64,000 nucleotides of DNA, taken from contig OX597829.1 in NCBI GenBank assembly GCA_951406725.2, positions 30,132,001 through 30,196,000 on the forward strand, read 5' to 3'. Numbering within the stretch: position 1 is the stretch's first letter; every line of letters begins with the position of its first letter. Below the pieces are notes generated by a model. The model was not told the origin of the DNA, searched no databases, and worked only from the letters and a program-made list of their open reading frames with translations. The DNA is from Octopus vulgaris. Taxonomy: Eukaryota. Of this stretch, positions 1 through 13,646 are shown in pieces. The translations under genes were made by a program, and so were the position numbers.

Positions 1-282
1 ATATACATACCTACATACATACACTCATACTCACACATACATGTATATACACATACATATACACATATATACATACATACATACATGCACAAACATACAT
101 ACATACATACATACATACATACATACATACATACATACATACATACATACATACATACATACATACATACATACATACATACATACATACATACATACAT
201 TACATTACATTACATCCATGTTTTGTAGAAGTTAAATACAGATGAATGTAATCAACACTGGCAAAGTGTACACACACACACA

Positions 283-367
<85 letters not shown>

Positions 368-631
368 ATTAATTAATAAATTAAGGTTTAAAGTTTCACA
401 GCTGTATAACTGAAATTTTATGTCTTTCAAAGATAATATCTTTAGATAAGCTTTAGCTGTTAAACCAACTACATAAATAGACACATAAATAAAAGAAATA
501 TACAATTCAGCTAATTGGCAAAGATACATTTACCAAACACTGAACTCCCAGCTCACTATTTCAACAAAGAAGCTTCTACACTGTTGCTAAGCAAATGAGT
601 TAGTCTCAATTTCAAAACTTACTGGAAATAC

Positions 632-689
<58 letters not shown>

Positions 690-690
<1 letters not shown>

Positions 691-958
691 TTATTGTTTC
701 GTTCAACGTCCTTAAACAACCCTTATTCAGGGACCTTTTGAGTGGGATGGGTTACTCGATCTGAAGAAAATTCTAACTGGGCTCCACCTGCAAGGTCATG
801 TGCTGTTTATCTTGATATGAGATCACCATGTCGCGCACATATGGTTGTGATGCATGTGCCTGGTGTATCCTTATCAGACGGGTAGTCATGATGGGTATAC
901 TGGGCTTCGTATATTTTACCCCAGTGTCACTTTGATGGCATGCTCTGCTCGCTCACTC
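690..958 (-). mobile_element. Interspersed repeat embedded in (TAA)n, possibly the 5' end of a TAA-targeting Dong/R4 element
   Basis: GC-richer block bounded on both sides by (TAA)n; Dong elements target TAA repeats (established); the family assignment is inference. Confidence 0.4.
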
Positions 959-1479
959 AATAATAATAATAATAATAATGATAATAATTTAATATCTGTT
1001 GTCCATACTGGTATGGGTTGGACGGTTTGACTGGGCTGGCACACTGGAAGCTACACCAAATTCCAGTCTGATTTGGCATGGTTTTCTACAGCTGGATATC
1101 TTTCCTAACACCAACCACTCCAAGAGTGTAATGGGTGTTTTTATGTGTCACTGGCATGAGTGCCATTTGTCTGACACTGGGGTGCATTTATGTGTCAATT
1201 TGTGTGACACTGGTATCTACCACAACTGTGATTTTGCTTGGCTTGATGAGTCTTCTTCTCAAGCACAACATAATGCCAAAGGTCTTGGTCATTCCCTCTG
1301 TGAGGCCCAATGCTCAACAGGAACTCAGCCACTTTGCCTCTGTGAGGCCCAACGCTCAAAAGGAACCCAAACACTTTGCCTCTGTGAGGACCAATGCTCG
1401 AAAAGTTTTCTTTAATAATAATAATGAGAATGATGAAGATGATGATGATGATGATGATGATAATAATTTTCTCATATGA

Positions 1480-2240
1480 TGTAGGTATGATATTTGAGAT
1501 TGAAAAGTATGCTATTTATCTAATGAAATGAGAAAGATTTGAAGCTAGAAGATTGAAATGCCAAATGGACAAACAATGAAAATGGTTGAGAAAGGACGAT
1601 GATATGAGTATTGGGGAATACTGGAGGCTGATGAAATAAAATATGAAGAAATGAAGCAAATTACAAGTAGAGTGTATACAAGGAGAGTGGGAAAAATATT
1701 AGAACCAAAGTTGAATTCAAAAAATGTCATCAAAGCAATAAATTTGATGGACAGTATCAGTAATCAGATATGGAGTAGGAATTGTAGATTGGACCAAAAG
1801 CAACATGCAGAAATTTGACAGAGAAACTAGAAAGCTGTTGACAATGTATGGAGCCCACCATATGAAAGCTGATATTAACTGGTAGTACTAGAAGAGAGAC
1901 CAGGATGGAAGAAGCTTAATTGCTGTGGAAGAGTATGTTGTACAGACAGAAAGAAAAAGCCTATTAGACTATTTACAGAGCAACACAGAGAAATTACTAA
2001 AGGCAGTGAATAAAGAACCGGTGATCAAGTGTGGAATAGGAGAAAAGAACAAGAATGAAATTAAAAAAGGGCATGTTAAATAGTTTGAAGAGATATATTT
2101 GCAAGGTCAGTTTTGGAAAGCCAATGGGGATATATGTAGAACAAAAACCAGGTTTTGGTTGAAAAATAAAGGCAATTGAATAAAAGTAACAGAGAGCCTT
2201 ATTATAGCAGCTCAAGATCAAGCATTTAAAACAAACAGCT
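1480..2240 (+). mobile_element. R4/Dong-type (RLE) non-LTR retrotransposon RT fragment
   Basis: YEYWGILEADEIK...KILEPKLNSKNVIKAIN...IRYGVGIVDW...DRETRKLLTMYGAHH...ESLIIAAQDQA; stops and frameshifts. Confidence 0.8.
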
Positions 2241-2248
2241 TGAAAAAA

Positions 2249-2291
<43 letters not shown>

Positions 2292-2466
2292 CAATAATAA
2301 ATCTCTGAGTGAGGTATAAACAGTAGCTGCACGACATCGTGAAGTATAAATTGTCAATTAAATGTGGCTAACCCTTAAGGGTGGATGCTACTGTAGCTTG
2401 TAGCCCCAGGAGGACACCTCCTCCAGCTGGCTATTGACACACTTTCTGTGTCCTATCAGTATTTGC

Positions 2467-2910
2467 AAAGGGCAAAATTCTCAGAGAATAAAACCAAATT
2501 CTTTGCAAAAGAGTGTGGAGATGGTAGATGTGGGATCTGCAGTAACCCAATCTACAAATATATAGAGGGAAACAAGCAAATAAAATGTAAGTGTGGTCAC
2601 ACATTCAAAGTAAATGCAGGTATGAATTGCAAGACGCAGAATGTAATATACTACATAACCTGTCCCACATGCAAGGAGAATTATATAGGCGAAACTGGAA
2701 ATTCTTTATGCCAACAAGCCAGAATTCACTGACAGCATGTCCGACAGGAGGAACTGCGAAAGATTCCACTGAGTAAACACTTAGAAACATGTGGAGAAGG
2801 AAAATTTAAGATCTTTCCCTTCTATAAATGGCCAAGGAATGGCACCTTCTTCAGAAAAAATATGGAACAATACTTCATAATAAATGAATGGCTGAAAATA
2901 TGAAAAGCAC
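2467..2910 (+). mobile_element. Penelope-like element GIY-YIG endonuclease fragment
   Basis: C..GRCGIC...MNCKTQNVIYYITCPTCKENYIGETG; stops downstream. Confidence 0.85.
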
Positions 2911-3100
2911 AGCAACTTCCCTATAAACTTATCTAGAACTATTAGCTTAGTCTGTATAATAATGTCATCACAATGTATGAGAAATTGTATGCATATCTGT
3001 TTCATTGAGTTCCTTCACAAGACACTTTCCCTTGTACATTATTGCCCATCCTAATATCTTCATTTTTGTAAAGAATTGTTCCTTATTTTCAGTCCTCTTG

Positions 3101-3148
<48 letters not shown>

Positions 3149-3832
3149 TATTTATTTATTTATATACTGTTTATTCATTTTTGTACTTTTTGTGATCTAG
3201 CTATATGTTTTAAAATATATTTTATTTTTTATTTGATTTGGTTTATGTCTATCATTGTTTGAATTGCATAATAGTGGTTTTTCTCTAACTTATATCATCA
3301 TTATCATCATCATCATCATCATTGTTTAATGTCCGCTTTCCATGCTAGCATGGGTTGGACGATTTTGACTGAGGGCTGGTGAACCAGATGGCTGCACCAG
3401 GCTCCAATCTTGATCTGACAGAGTTTCTACAGCTGGATGCCCTTCCTAATGTCAACCACTCCGAGAGTGCAGTGGGTGCTTTTTATATGCCACCAGCATG
3501 GGGGCCAGTCAGGTGGTACTGGCAATGACCTCGCTCGAATCTTTTTACACATGCTACCGGCGCAGGTGCCAGTAAGGCGACACTGGTAACAATCACGCAC
3601 AGAAGCACGTTAGCCGCTCTGACAATGATCACGCTCGGATTGTGCTCTTGGCACCCTACTAGCATGGGCACAAGTTCCAGTAAGGCGACACTTGTAACGA
3701 TCACACTCAAATGGTGCCTTTTATGTGCCACTGGCACGGAAGCCGGTTAGCCGCTCTGTCAATGATCATGCTTGTATGGTGCTCTTTGCACTCCACTAGC
3801 ATGGATGCCAGTCATCGAATTTGATTTTGATT

Positions 3833-3865
<33 letters not shown>

Positions 3866-3868
<3 letters not shown>

Positions 3869-4242
3869 TTGCATCAGAAATTAATTAGCACTTCTCAAAT
3901 TTCTACATTAAATAGGTTAAATCAACTAACCTATGAGCTGTTCAAAACGTCTTACGCGATGAGAAAACTTAGTATGGTGTGATTTCGGTCCTTGCGAGGC
4001 GCTACCTATATCTATTAAACAAAGGAAGATTTGTCTGCATCCGCACTCCAAGTTGTTGTTGCACTGCTATGTCAACATCATAAGGCTGTAGACTCTCAAA
4101 CTGCTCTGCAAACAAAGTTACGTCATCGTTCTGCGCAACAGTGAACTCGCAACAAAGCAATAGTTCGAGATATGGCCACTAGGTGACAACACATACCTTG
4201 AGTGAAGAGCAAATCAAGGGTGCTAATTAATTTCTGTCGGTA

Positions 4243-4245
<3 letters not shown>
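3866..4245. mobile_element. Tc1-like MITE inserted in (TA)n
   Basis: TIRs cacttgcatcagaaattaattagcac / gtgctaattaatttctgtcggtagtg. Confidence 0.75.
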
Positions 4246-4279
<34 letters not shown>

Positions 4280-4812
4280 TATATATAGCTGTTACTGGTG
4301 AAATATCACCACTTCTGTAATGATTTGTACTGGATGAAGGACCAATTTTGTAAAGTAAACTGTAATTTTGTATTAAACACACACACACACTCAGAGTACT
4401 ATACATCTGTACATACACAATTTTTTCTTCTTCTGTTCTTCCTTCTTTCTTTCCTTCTCTTTTCCATTGACACTACTTTCAGATACACAGGCACACACAC
4501 ATGCGCGCGTGCACACACACACACTTGCACACACAAAAAATGCACACACTCTCTCACTGAACAATAATGATGATGTTGATAATAAATCCAGACAATTTTT
4601 TGAAAAATAACTTTTATCAAGACCCCCCTTAGAATAGCCACCTGGTTTTGCCATTTTTAAAGGCCAAGAATCAACTCATCACTTTCTATTGAAAGAACTG
4701 ACCTGTTGTAAAATTGTAAACACATTTTTTCTTCTTTCTCTCTTCCTTCTTTCTTTCCTTCTCTTTTCCATTGACACTTCTTTCAGATACACAGACACAG
4801 GCACACACACAT

Positions 4813-4868
<56 letters not shown>

Positions 4869-5293
4869 ACACTCTCTCTCTCTCACTTTCTACCCATTCC
4901 TCACCCTCTTTTACTATCCTATACCTCTTCCCACCCCTACACACTCAATAATACTATAAAAAGAGACAAATCCTCTCAAACAAATTCAAATCTGGAGATT
5001 CTACTAGAGTGGATGCAAGCGCTAGTATATGATTTATAAAAACATGTGACATATTAATAAAAATCCGTAAATATAAAACCATCCAGATTTCTGAGTACCT
5101 TATTTCTTCTATTATATAATACCTGTACATCACCTCCAAACCTCCTAATATATATATATATATATATATAGAGATATATATATATATATATATATAGATA
5201 GATAGATAGAAAAAGAGAGAGAAATGTAGAGAAACGTGAGAGAACAGATGTTGGATCAGAAATTGAAAATAATATACAAGAAATATATTTTAC

Positions 5294-5390
5294 CACAAAT
5301 GTTGCAGCAATGCCCTGTTGGTCTTACTGGGGACTGGCACTGTGGTTTCTTGCAGAATGGTGAATGCATTTTACATATATTGTCAAAGAT
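5294..5390 (-). CDS. AMN: Amnionless coding exon 6, cysteine-rich VWC-like module (IFDNICKMHSPFCKKPQCQSPVRPTGHCCNIC); gene continues beyond the left edge
   Basis: Acceptor tttcag, donor gtaaaa, 97 nt, phase 0 to 1; matches AMN C...C..AC.S.LRP.GQCCDLCG. No transmembrane or cytoplasmic exons found in 1-5293. Confidence 0.93.
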
Positions 5391-5559
5391 CTGAAATTAA
5401 ATATTCATATTTTAAAAAAAGATAATCTTATTTTTATTTTGCAAAGAAGGAAAAATGCTGCTTTAATGAAGGTCTTGGGGAAAATAAAAATATATGATTG
5501 ATCAACAGGGTTTGGTATAGCAATCGAGAAATCAACAGTTTGATTTTATCATCATTGCT

Positions 5560-6300
5560 ATGTTGTAAATGCACCAACTTTAAAAATCATTCACATTAAA
5601 ACTATGTTGGAAAACTTCATATGAACATCTGGGTGAGGAATTTGAATAAAAGCCATGTTTGTGTGGATTGCTTTTCCTAAAAATGATCAGTGGATCTTAA
5701 AAGGAGCCAAACAAGAGTCTTTCTATACTTAGATGTATTTGAACAGACTTGTTGAGGACCTATTTTCAGAAAATTTAAATGAATTCTTGTGCATGTAAAA
5801 TCATGTCCTGAAATTAAGTTTTGCAAAATACATCTGTTGTTAATTTGGACATTAATCCTTTACACTATTTCTTAGGTCAAGCAATTGTCATTGAGCAGAT
5901 TGTTGCTGGGGCTGGTGGGGTCTGTACTATGACATTTAGGCTTCATTTTTATTGGGTTTAGCGAGTTATTTTTTCAAATTATGCTGGTTTACTGATGTGG
6001 AAAAGGACTTGCAATAAGAGTAGCTAACCTGCTTAATAATCTACCTATGCCCCACCCTGAGAAATGCCAAGATATCATGTATAAAAATTCCCTGGCTATA
6101 TTAGTCTCTATATTCTTACTAAATGTCAGATTAAACCACAAGACTTTCCTAGTTTGAGTTCTGCAAAATTTCCTGAGATTATTTGTCACTTCCATTATAG
6201 CTTTGAAAAAATAACTGTTAAAATCAAACTGCATTCTTCAAAACTTGCACTAAAAATAAGTACAAGGTAAAATTACTACCTGCTTTTATAAGCAAGTTGA
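5560..6300 (-). mobile_element. Penelope-like element fragment (linker and GIY-YIG), decayed
   Basis: RKVLWFNLTFSKNIETNIAREFL...HF and FYMHKNSFKFSENRSSTSLFKYI, both typical of PLE ORFs. Confidence 0.7.
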
Positions 6301-6562
6301 TGTAGGTTGTTTATCTTGTCTCTCCTCCAACTTTTAGTTCATGCAATTGAAAAACTGCATTATTTATGGAAGGACCCAATATATATAGGATGGGCTTCTT
6401 TCAGTTTCCATCCACCAATTCCACTCACAAGGCTTTGGTCAGTCTAAGGCTATAATAGAAGACACTTGGCCAAGATGTCAAGCAATGGGACTGAACCCAG
6501 AACCATGTTGTTGGGAAGCAAACTTCTTACCACCCATCCACACATGTACACACACAGACACA

Positions 6563-6629
<67 letters not shown>

Positions 6630-7077
6630 GTAAATGTGTGTGTATGTACATACATGAATATAAAACATTAAGTATATGTCACTGTTCTATGTAACTTTGC
6701 ATTGATGAAATTGTTACTTTAACCTGGTCAGTTCATACAATTTTTGTTAATGGTTTGTGAGATTACATCCGGTTGCAGGATACTTAATTCTTTTTATTCT
6801 TCAATAAGGCTGGAATCAGGTATATTGCTTGTCCAGTCTTGTGTACACGGTGAACATCATGGCATCCATATAATGCAAAATCTCCATAACAACCCTATCT
6901 CAGTTTCATATAGTGCCGTCTATTATTGTTAATGATTGTAGATAATTAAAGGCAATTAGAGCATTAGGCTTGCTGTTCTCTGTTTTCTCAAAGCAATTTT
7001 GTTTGAGGATGGTCATTTTTACCTATAAACGCATGTGTTATTTGGCCTTCACTTCAGCTTTATTATTAGTTTATTTA

Positions 7078-7120
7078 GTCAAAGTTCTTTCATCACACAT
7101 TTTGTGACCTCTTCAATGAC
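7078..7120 (-). ncRNA. Degenerate minimal hammerhead-like motif inside inverted repeats
   Basis: GTCA TTGAAGA G GTCAC AAAATGT GTGAT GAAAG AA CTT TGAC (C3 changed to U); enclosed by inverted arms ~7002-7068 and ~7212-7278. Confidence 0.45.
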
Positions 7121-7383
7121 AACTTGTTCTTCTTTTCTCTGTCTCCTCTTCTTTCCGGCCTTATTCTATTTACTCCATCTTGTCTTCCTGTGATATATAT
7201 TCCTGCCTCTAATAGTAATAAATCTGAAGTGAAGGCCAAATAGTGCAATTATTTATTGGCAAAATGACCATCCTCAAATATAGCAATATCTGTTTCAGTA
7301 CATGATTTCATATCAAGAATCTTGCGAAACAGATAGAATTTTATTTGAATTTTTTCGTAAATAATTTTGTCATATGTATGTAA

Positions 7384-7710
7384 GGTGAAGACACGTGGTT
7401 TAGTGGTTAGGGTATTTGGCTTAAGATCATAAAGTCATGAGTTCAATTCCTGGCGACATGTTGTGTCCTTGAGCAAGACACTTTATTTCACACTGCTCCA
7501 GTCCACTCAGCTGGTAAAAATGAGTTGTACCTGTATTTCAAAGGGCCAGCCTCGTCACACTCTGTGCCATGCTGAATCTCCCTGAGAACTACATTAAGGG
7601 TACGCGTGTCTGTGGAATGCTCAGCCACTTGCACATTAATTTCATGAACAGGTTGCTCCATTGATTGGATCAACTGGAACACTCATTTTCATAACTAACA
7701 GAGTGCAGTC
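7384..7710 (+). mobile_element. tRNA-head SINE family C (representative copy)
   Basis: TGGTTTAGTGGTTAG...GAGTTCAATTCC...GTGTCCTTGAGCAAGACACTTTA; copies ~22011-22335 and ~60826-61630 (rearranged); related heads at ~21098-21395, ~32688-32990, ~61783-62120 (the last with 10-bp TSD agtatatcta). Confidence 0.85.
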
Positions 7711-7749
7711 TACATACATAAGAGAGTGAAATGGAGAAAATAATCTCAC

Positions 7750-7908
7750 CGGGCTTCTGTAGTTGCCACAATCACAGCTAGCTGGATCAATACATGGTCG
7801 TCTTCTTATTGTCATGTGGGACTCATTTTCATCAGGTTTATAAGACTTGAAATATGTTTTGCCTTCCTTGGAGTTTATGAAGTTGGAAAACGTGTTTGTT
7901 GAGAAAGA
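7750..7908 (-). CDS. AMN: Amnionless coding exon 5 (SFSTNTFSNFINSKEGKTYF...PCIDPASCDCGNYRSP)
   Basis: Acceptor ctttttcag, donor gtgaga, 159 nt, phase 0 to 0; CIDPASCDCGN matches AMN CADPSGCVCGN. Confidence 0.95.
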
Positions 7909-8239
7909 CTGAAAAAGAAGAGGAATGATCAACAGTAGAGTTATAAATTATGTTAATGTACCAAACTTGCTATAAATTATGTTAATGACAATAAATTTAA
8001 ATCTTTCTTGTTTGTAAGAAAGTAAAATTTTGTTGAAGAATATTTCACTGCTATATTAAGAAGGTTAATTTATAACATAGCTTCTTTGCTGGATAATGAT
8101 TATAAACTAGCAATTCATAAGAAATATTGGTAAAATGTGTTTTAATTAGTACATTTGTTTGCTTAACTTCCAACAGAAAATATTAATTGGAATTTCAGGA
8201 TTTCTCTTTCAGAGAAAAAAGGATTTAAGAGAATTACAT

Positions 8240-8469
8240 GGTGGTGAGCTGGCAGAATCGTTAGCATGCTGGGTGAAATACTTAGCGGTAGTTCGTCCGC
8301 CATTGTTCTGAGTTCAAATTCCTCCGAGGTCGACTTTGCCTTCCATCCTTGGGGGGATGGGTCGATTAAATAAGTACCAGTTATGCACTGAGGTCGACAT
8401 AATCGACTTAATCCCTTTGTCTGTCCTTGTTTTCCCCCTCTACATTTAGCCCCCTGTGGGCAATAAAGA

Positions 8470-8470
<1 letters not shown>
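8240..8470 (+). mobile_element. tRNA-head SINE family B (representative copy)
   Basis: GAGCTGGCAGAATCGTTAGC...GAGTTCAAATTC...GTCGACTTTGCCTTTCATCC; copies ~12960-13380(-), 19120-19310(-), 20720-20900(+). Confidence 0.85.
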
Positions 8471-8504
<34 letters not shown>

Positions 8505-9235
8505 CAAATTTACAGAAAACAAAGACAAAGACAGGTGAGGGAACAACAAGCAGGTGTATTAGTATGACACTTGGGAAGAATGGAAATGTCTTTGATTTTT
8601 TGAGCCTATGCTCTTGAACAGATAGGATTGAGAAGAAAAAATGCAAAAAAAGTCAAACAAATGGACAGAGAAAAAATGTGTAAGGATTAACAGTTTAATA
8701 TGATGAAATATACATATATCTACATAACAGCTGTTGATGTAGGTGTTGGTTGGTTAATTGATTTCTTGAGTTATGCTTTGTATTGTATGGAGAAAGGGGA
8801 GAGAGGGTAAAAGATTGATACAGAAAGAGAGTGAGAGATAGAGGGGGAGAGAGAGGGAGAGAGAGGGAAAGAGAGCAAGTTATCATAAGAGGTGTGAGTG
8901 GAGAGAATGATCATAAACGAGTAGGAGAAGGAGGAGAGGTAGTAAATAACAAGAGTAGTAGACTGAGAGGAATTATAGAGAAGAGAAATTTGTTTTATTT
9001 GGTTTTATTATAAGGTGATACTCTTTACTCTTTTTACTTGTTTCAGTCATTTGACTGTGGCCATGCTGGAGCACCGTCTTTAGTCGAGCAAATCGATCCC
9101 AGGACTTATTCTTTGTAAGCCTAGTACTTATTCTATCGGTCTATTTTGCTGAACTGTTAAATTACGGTGACGTAAACACACCAGCATCAGTTGTCAAGCA
9201 ATGTTGGGGGGACAAACACAGACACACAAACATAT

Positions 9236-9272
<37 letters not shown>

Positions 9273-10939
9273 CATACATATATACGATGGGCTTCTTTCA
9301 GTTTCTGTCTACCAAATCCACACACAAGGCTTTGTTCGACCCAAGGCTATAGTAGAAGACACTTGCCCAAAGTGCCACACAGTGGGACTGAACCCAGAAC
9401 CATGTAGTTGGTAAACAAGCTACTTACCACAGAGCCACTCCTATGCCTATGAATATTTTTCTTTTGAAAATTAATATTCATTTCATTATGTTTGTATAAA
9501 CACCAAGAAATTTTATAAAAGTTAAATTATCATTATTGTATGTCATACTCCCTGATATTACTCATGGTTGCAAAAGTTTCAAAGTCACCCGACTTCTTTA
9601 TGCTCACTGTGGTCTCTCACCTCTTGAAGGAACTCTTCTGATGAAGAGACTACAGTGGTTTGGTCACATGTTTCGCTGCCCCCATGATGAATACATCTGG
9701 AAAGCGATAGCATCAGATCCTCCTCCAGGTTGGGTAAGTGGAGAGGTAGTCAGCTGATGATGTGGCTCATGATAGTCAAAGAAAATACGGAGCTTGTTTC
9801 TGATCCTTGAGTCTTTGGCATTTGTCACTGGAACTGGGAATGGCTTCAACTTGCTACAGAATCAGCCACTAACAGATGTGCATAGGCTGCTTTGACTTGT
9901 AATGCAGTAAACTCAATGGGAGGTGGCTTAAATCCTCCCGGATTTAAGCTAGATTCATATGACAAGATAAGAAGGCCCCTCATATGACAAGTAGCACTTT
10001 AGTTTCGTGTATTTTGAAGAGAATGAACAAAAGTTCACTCTCTTATGTGTATGTGTGTGTGTGTGTGTGTGCATGCATGCATATTATCAGCAAGGGAGTT
10101 TTCCGGGATATTTGTTCTATATGGTGCAGAATATGCTACAGAGTACAAATGTATATGTGATAAGATGAAAATGTGGATCAGTAGGAAAGCATGGGTAGTG
10201 AGGGTCAAAGTGCCGTTGCAAAGTTCAGAAACATGTGATGCTCTTCATAATGCACTTGACAACATTGTCTTTAATGGACTTGATATAAGTTCAAAACAGG
10301 TTTACAAAGCTGAGTCAATGTACTCAGTCTCAAGAAGACACAATATCAAGATTGGTTTGATAATGTTGTTGTCACCAGACTTATTGAAGAGAAGAGTAAG
10401 TTGTATGAGCAGTTCCATGTTAGAGAGGACATGATGTGGGCCACTTTTGTGAAAGGCCTCAAAGATGCAAAATCTAAATTCCAATTCTTTTATTCTTTTA
10501 CTTGTTTCAGTTATTTGACAGCAGTCATGCCTGAGCAGCACCTTTTTCAGTCAAAGAAATTGACCTCAGGGTTTATTCTTTGTAAGCCTATTACTTATTA
10601 TATTGGTCTCTTTTGCAGGGATGTAGACACACCAACATCAGTCATCAAGTGATGGTTGTGGGACGGGGGTGTGGGGGTGTGAGGCAGACACAAATATAGA
10701 CATATATGGGTGCATGTATATGTGTATATACGCACACACATACACATATATCTGTATGTATGTATGCATATGTATATGCATGCATGCATGCATGTATGTA
10801 TGTATTTCTTGGAGTTTTATGTAAGTTCTTCTCATGAGAATTCAAGCCAGTCACTAACAAAGCAACAAAACTTTTTGAGCTAAGAGAGTTTCCAATATTT
10901 CTAAATATGTGGTCGAGTTGGTGTGTTGTTTGAGCTGTT

Positions 10940-11750
10940 GACTTACACACCCAAGTGCGTGCATCTATTCATTTAAAGAATCTCAGATGGAGAATCTTTG
11001 AAATATCTTACAAATCTTCACTGTGCCACTAATAGATTGGATTTGGAGAATCTGCATCAGTTTCTTTTGCTCTTTCTATTCTTTGTGAAACTTTGTGAAA
11101 CACTGTGAAGTTGAGTATTTCTTGTTTTTTTGTGAAAATTTATTAGTGCATAACCTAATGTACCTATGATGATGGGTACAATGAAAATTTATAGTCAGTA
11201 TGTAAGAGCTGTAAATGTTCCCTTTTTCCTGTCGATTGTACATTCACATCTGCTGGGCAGCTGAACCCTACAACTGTGCATGACTTTTGTTCTCTGTCCC
11301 AGAGAATATATCAGGTCTGTTATGTTTGCACAGAATTGATGTTTTTATTAGGATGTTCCACCAATATTCCTTGTTTTTAAAGTTGTGTATACCTTCTGGT
11401 TCTGACATGCCTTTGATGTATATATCAGGACAGTCCTTCTTGCAGATAGCATTGTAAATAGCTTTTGCAACTATATCATACCTCAAGGGCAGGTAGTACC
11501 TCATAGATATTGTGGGGCAGCTGCTGCTGATGTGGGTGATATCTTCCACACTGGTATAGCAGAGCTGGCATTTTTGTCACAATGTGGAGATTTGGTGTTA
11601 TCTCTGTCCCTCTTGTTTATTAAGTATTTAGTAACTATCTCCTGTTCCTGGATAACAAAACAATACCCTTCTAGGTAGGTGGTAATGTATCTATCACAGG
11701 TTCAGGAGAGACTACTCTTCTAGTCAATGCTGTTGTTGCCCTCTAGCTTA
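10940..11750 (-). mobile_element. R4/Dong-type retrotransposon 3' part (CCHC knuckle, restriction-like endonuclease)
   Basis: QEQEIVTKY...CQLC...EDITHISSSC...HNRPDI. Confidence 0.8.
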
Positions 11751-12081
11751 TGTATGTATATATGTATGAATGCATGTGTGTATTTATGCATATGTATGTA
11801 CTTATGTATGTATATGTATGTAAGTCTTTAGGGAGATTTGGCTAATATTTCTGGCAGGTCAGTCTCCTTCATTGACCTGAGGAATCCTCTACATGTCAAT
11901 CTGTAGTGTAGTGGTCAGCATCTGATGAAATAAAGTCTTTAAAACGGGTTCCATTCCTAGATGGGACATTTCATGCCACTAGATCCTCTCTTCTGTAATA
12001 TCTTGACCAAGAGAGATGGCGAAAGAAAGAGAAATAGTGAGAGAGGGCGAGAGAGGAGAGAAAAAGAGAGAAAGAGAAGTA

Positions 12082-12120
<39 letters not shown>

Positions 12121-12804
12121 AAGTACGAAAGAGAGAGAAAGAGATAGGAGGAGAGAAAGGGAGATAATAACTATCAGGCTGATAGGTTGATTATCCTCAA
12201 TACACCCTGCATGTGACACAAAGCATTTTGTGATAACCTATTGACCCATCAACAGTCATAGATAGGACAATAACATTTCATGCAATGTTATTACAAGTTC
12301 AAATATGCTTCTCTTTCCCCTCCATAATAACATTTCATTCTATTTAGTCTGTTTCCTCCTTGACAAGGAAAGAGATTAGTTAATGCTGCCAGACACTGAA
12401 ACTGTGAAACTGACTGATGAAGGAAAGGAAATGTTTCTTTTGACAGTGCCCATGACCCCTGTAGCCTACCCCAACCTCACTTTCCTCATGACACCAGTGA
12501 GGTTGACACCATTAGAAATGACAACCAAATTTCTCTCAAAGTCACCTTCATTCCTTTTGTATCTTCTTTTATTTGTTTCCCCTCACTGGGCTGTGCCCAT
12601 GTTGGGACATTGCCTTGAAGGATTTAGTCAAATAAAATGGCCCCAGTCCTTATGCTTTTTATCTAAGTTTGGTACTTATGTTGGTTTCTTTGGCCAAGGT
12701 TACGGGCAGTAAACAAACCAACAAAAGTTGGCAATTGGTAGTGGAAGACAAATGCAATCACACATGTGCACATGTGCATGCATGCAGACACACACACATA
12801 TACA

Positions 12805-12848
<44 letters not shown>

Positions 12849-13128
12849 ATCTTGCTTGAAACATTGCAGAAGAAAACTAGTGTTGCAGAAGCAATTCAGA
12901 AAGAACAATAAATATAACAAATAACGACAACAAAAATATTGAAATGCAATCTTAGAAATATTGGTTTCAAATTTTGGCACAAGGCCAACAATTTCGGAGG
13001 AAGATGTAAGTCATTTGCATTGACCCCAATGTTCAACTGGTACTTATTTAATTGACCCCCCAAAAGGATGAAAGGCAAAGTTGACCTTGGCTGAATTTGA
13101 ACTCAGAACAATAAAGATGAAGGAGATG

Positions 13129-13360
13129 CTTTCTCCCTGGTCTGTTAAGCATTCTGCCTGGTCTGTTAAGCATTCTGCCTGGTCTGTTAAGCATTCTGCC
13201 TGGTCTGTTAAGCATTCTGCCTGGTCTGTTAAGCATTCTGCCTGGTCTGTTAAGCATTCTCCCTGGTCTGTTAAGCATTCTGCCTGGTCTGTTAAGCATT
13301 CTGCCTGGTCTGTTAAGCATTCTCCCTGGTCTGTTAAGCATTCTGCCTGGTCTGTTAAAG
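13129..13360. repeat. 21-bp minisatellite (gcattctgcctggtctgttaa) x~11 expanded inside a SINE
   Basis: Near-perfect direct repeats; source of the RPGRMLN / HSAWSVK ORFs. Confidence 0.95.
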
Positions 13361-13646
13361 ATTCTTGCAGCTGACTGCCTTACAACCTTAGAAATATTTA
13401 GTCGTGATATTTCAGATAAAATATCCTTTTTCAAAAGCATAATCCTCACTAACATTGTAAAGAAACATTCTCTGATACCCTGCTCTCACTGAATGCAGAG
13501 TAATTTACACTAGAGTACATTACATTACTGACTATCAGAGACATTTAGTGCTTGTGGAGGCGAAAGAGGAGGAGGAGGAGGAGGAGATAATGTAGTGTTG
13601 GGTATGTTATTTCTGAATAACAGAAGGGATGGAACATGGACATTAA

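Noticed and set aside
4295-4359. Possible seventh AMN exon after the acceptor-like ttacag
   Set aside because: The phase-1 frame gives VYFTKLVLHP..., unlike AMN, and reaches a stop without a convincing donor.
13048-13455. Repeat-peptide ORFs and possible CRISPR-like arrays (also 17660-17954 and 54478-54917)
   Set aside because: Contiguous tandem units without unique spacers, eukaryotic context, no cas genes.
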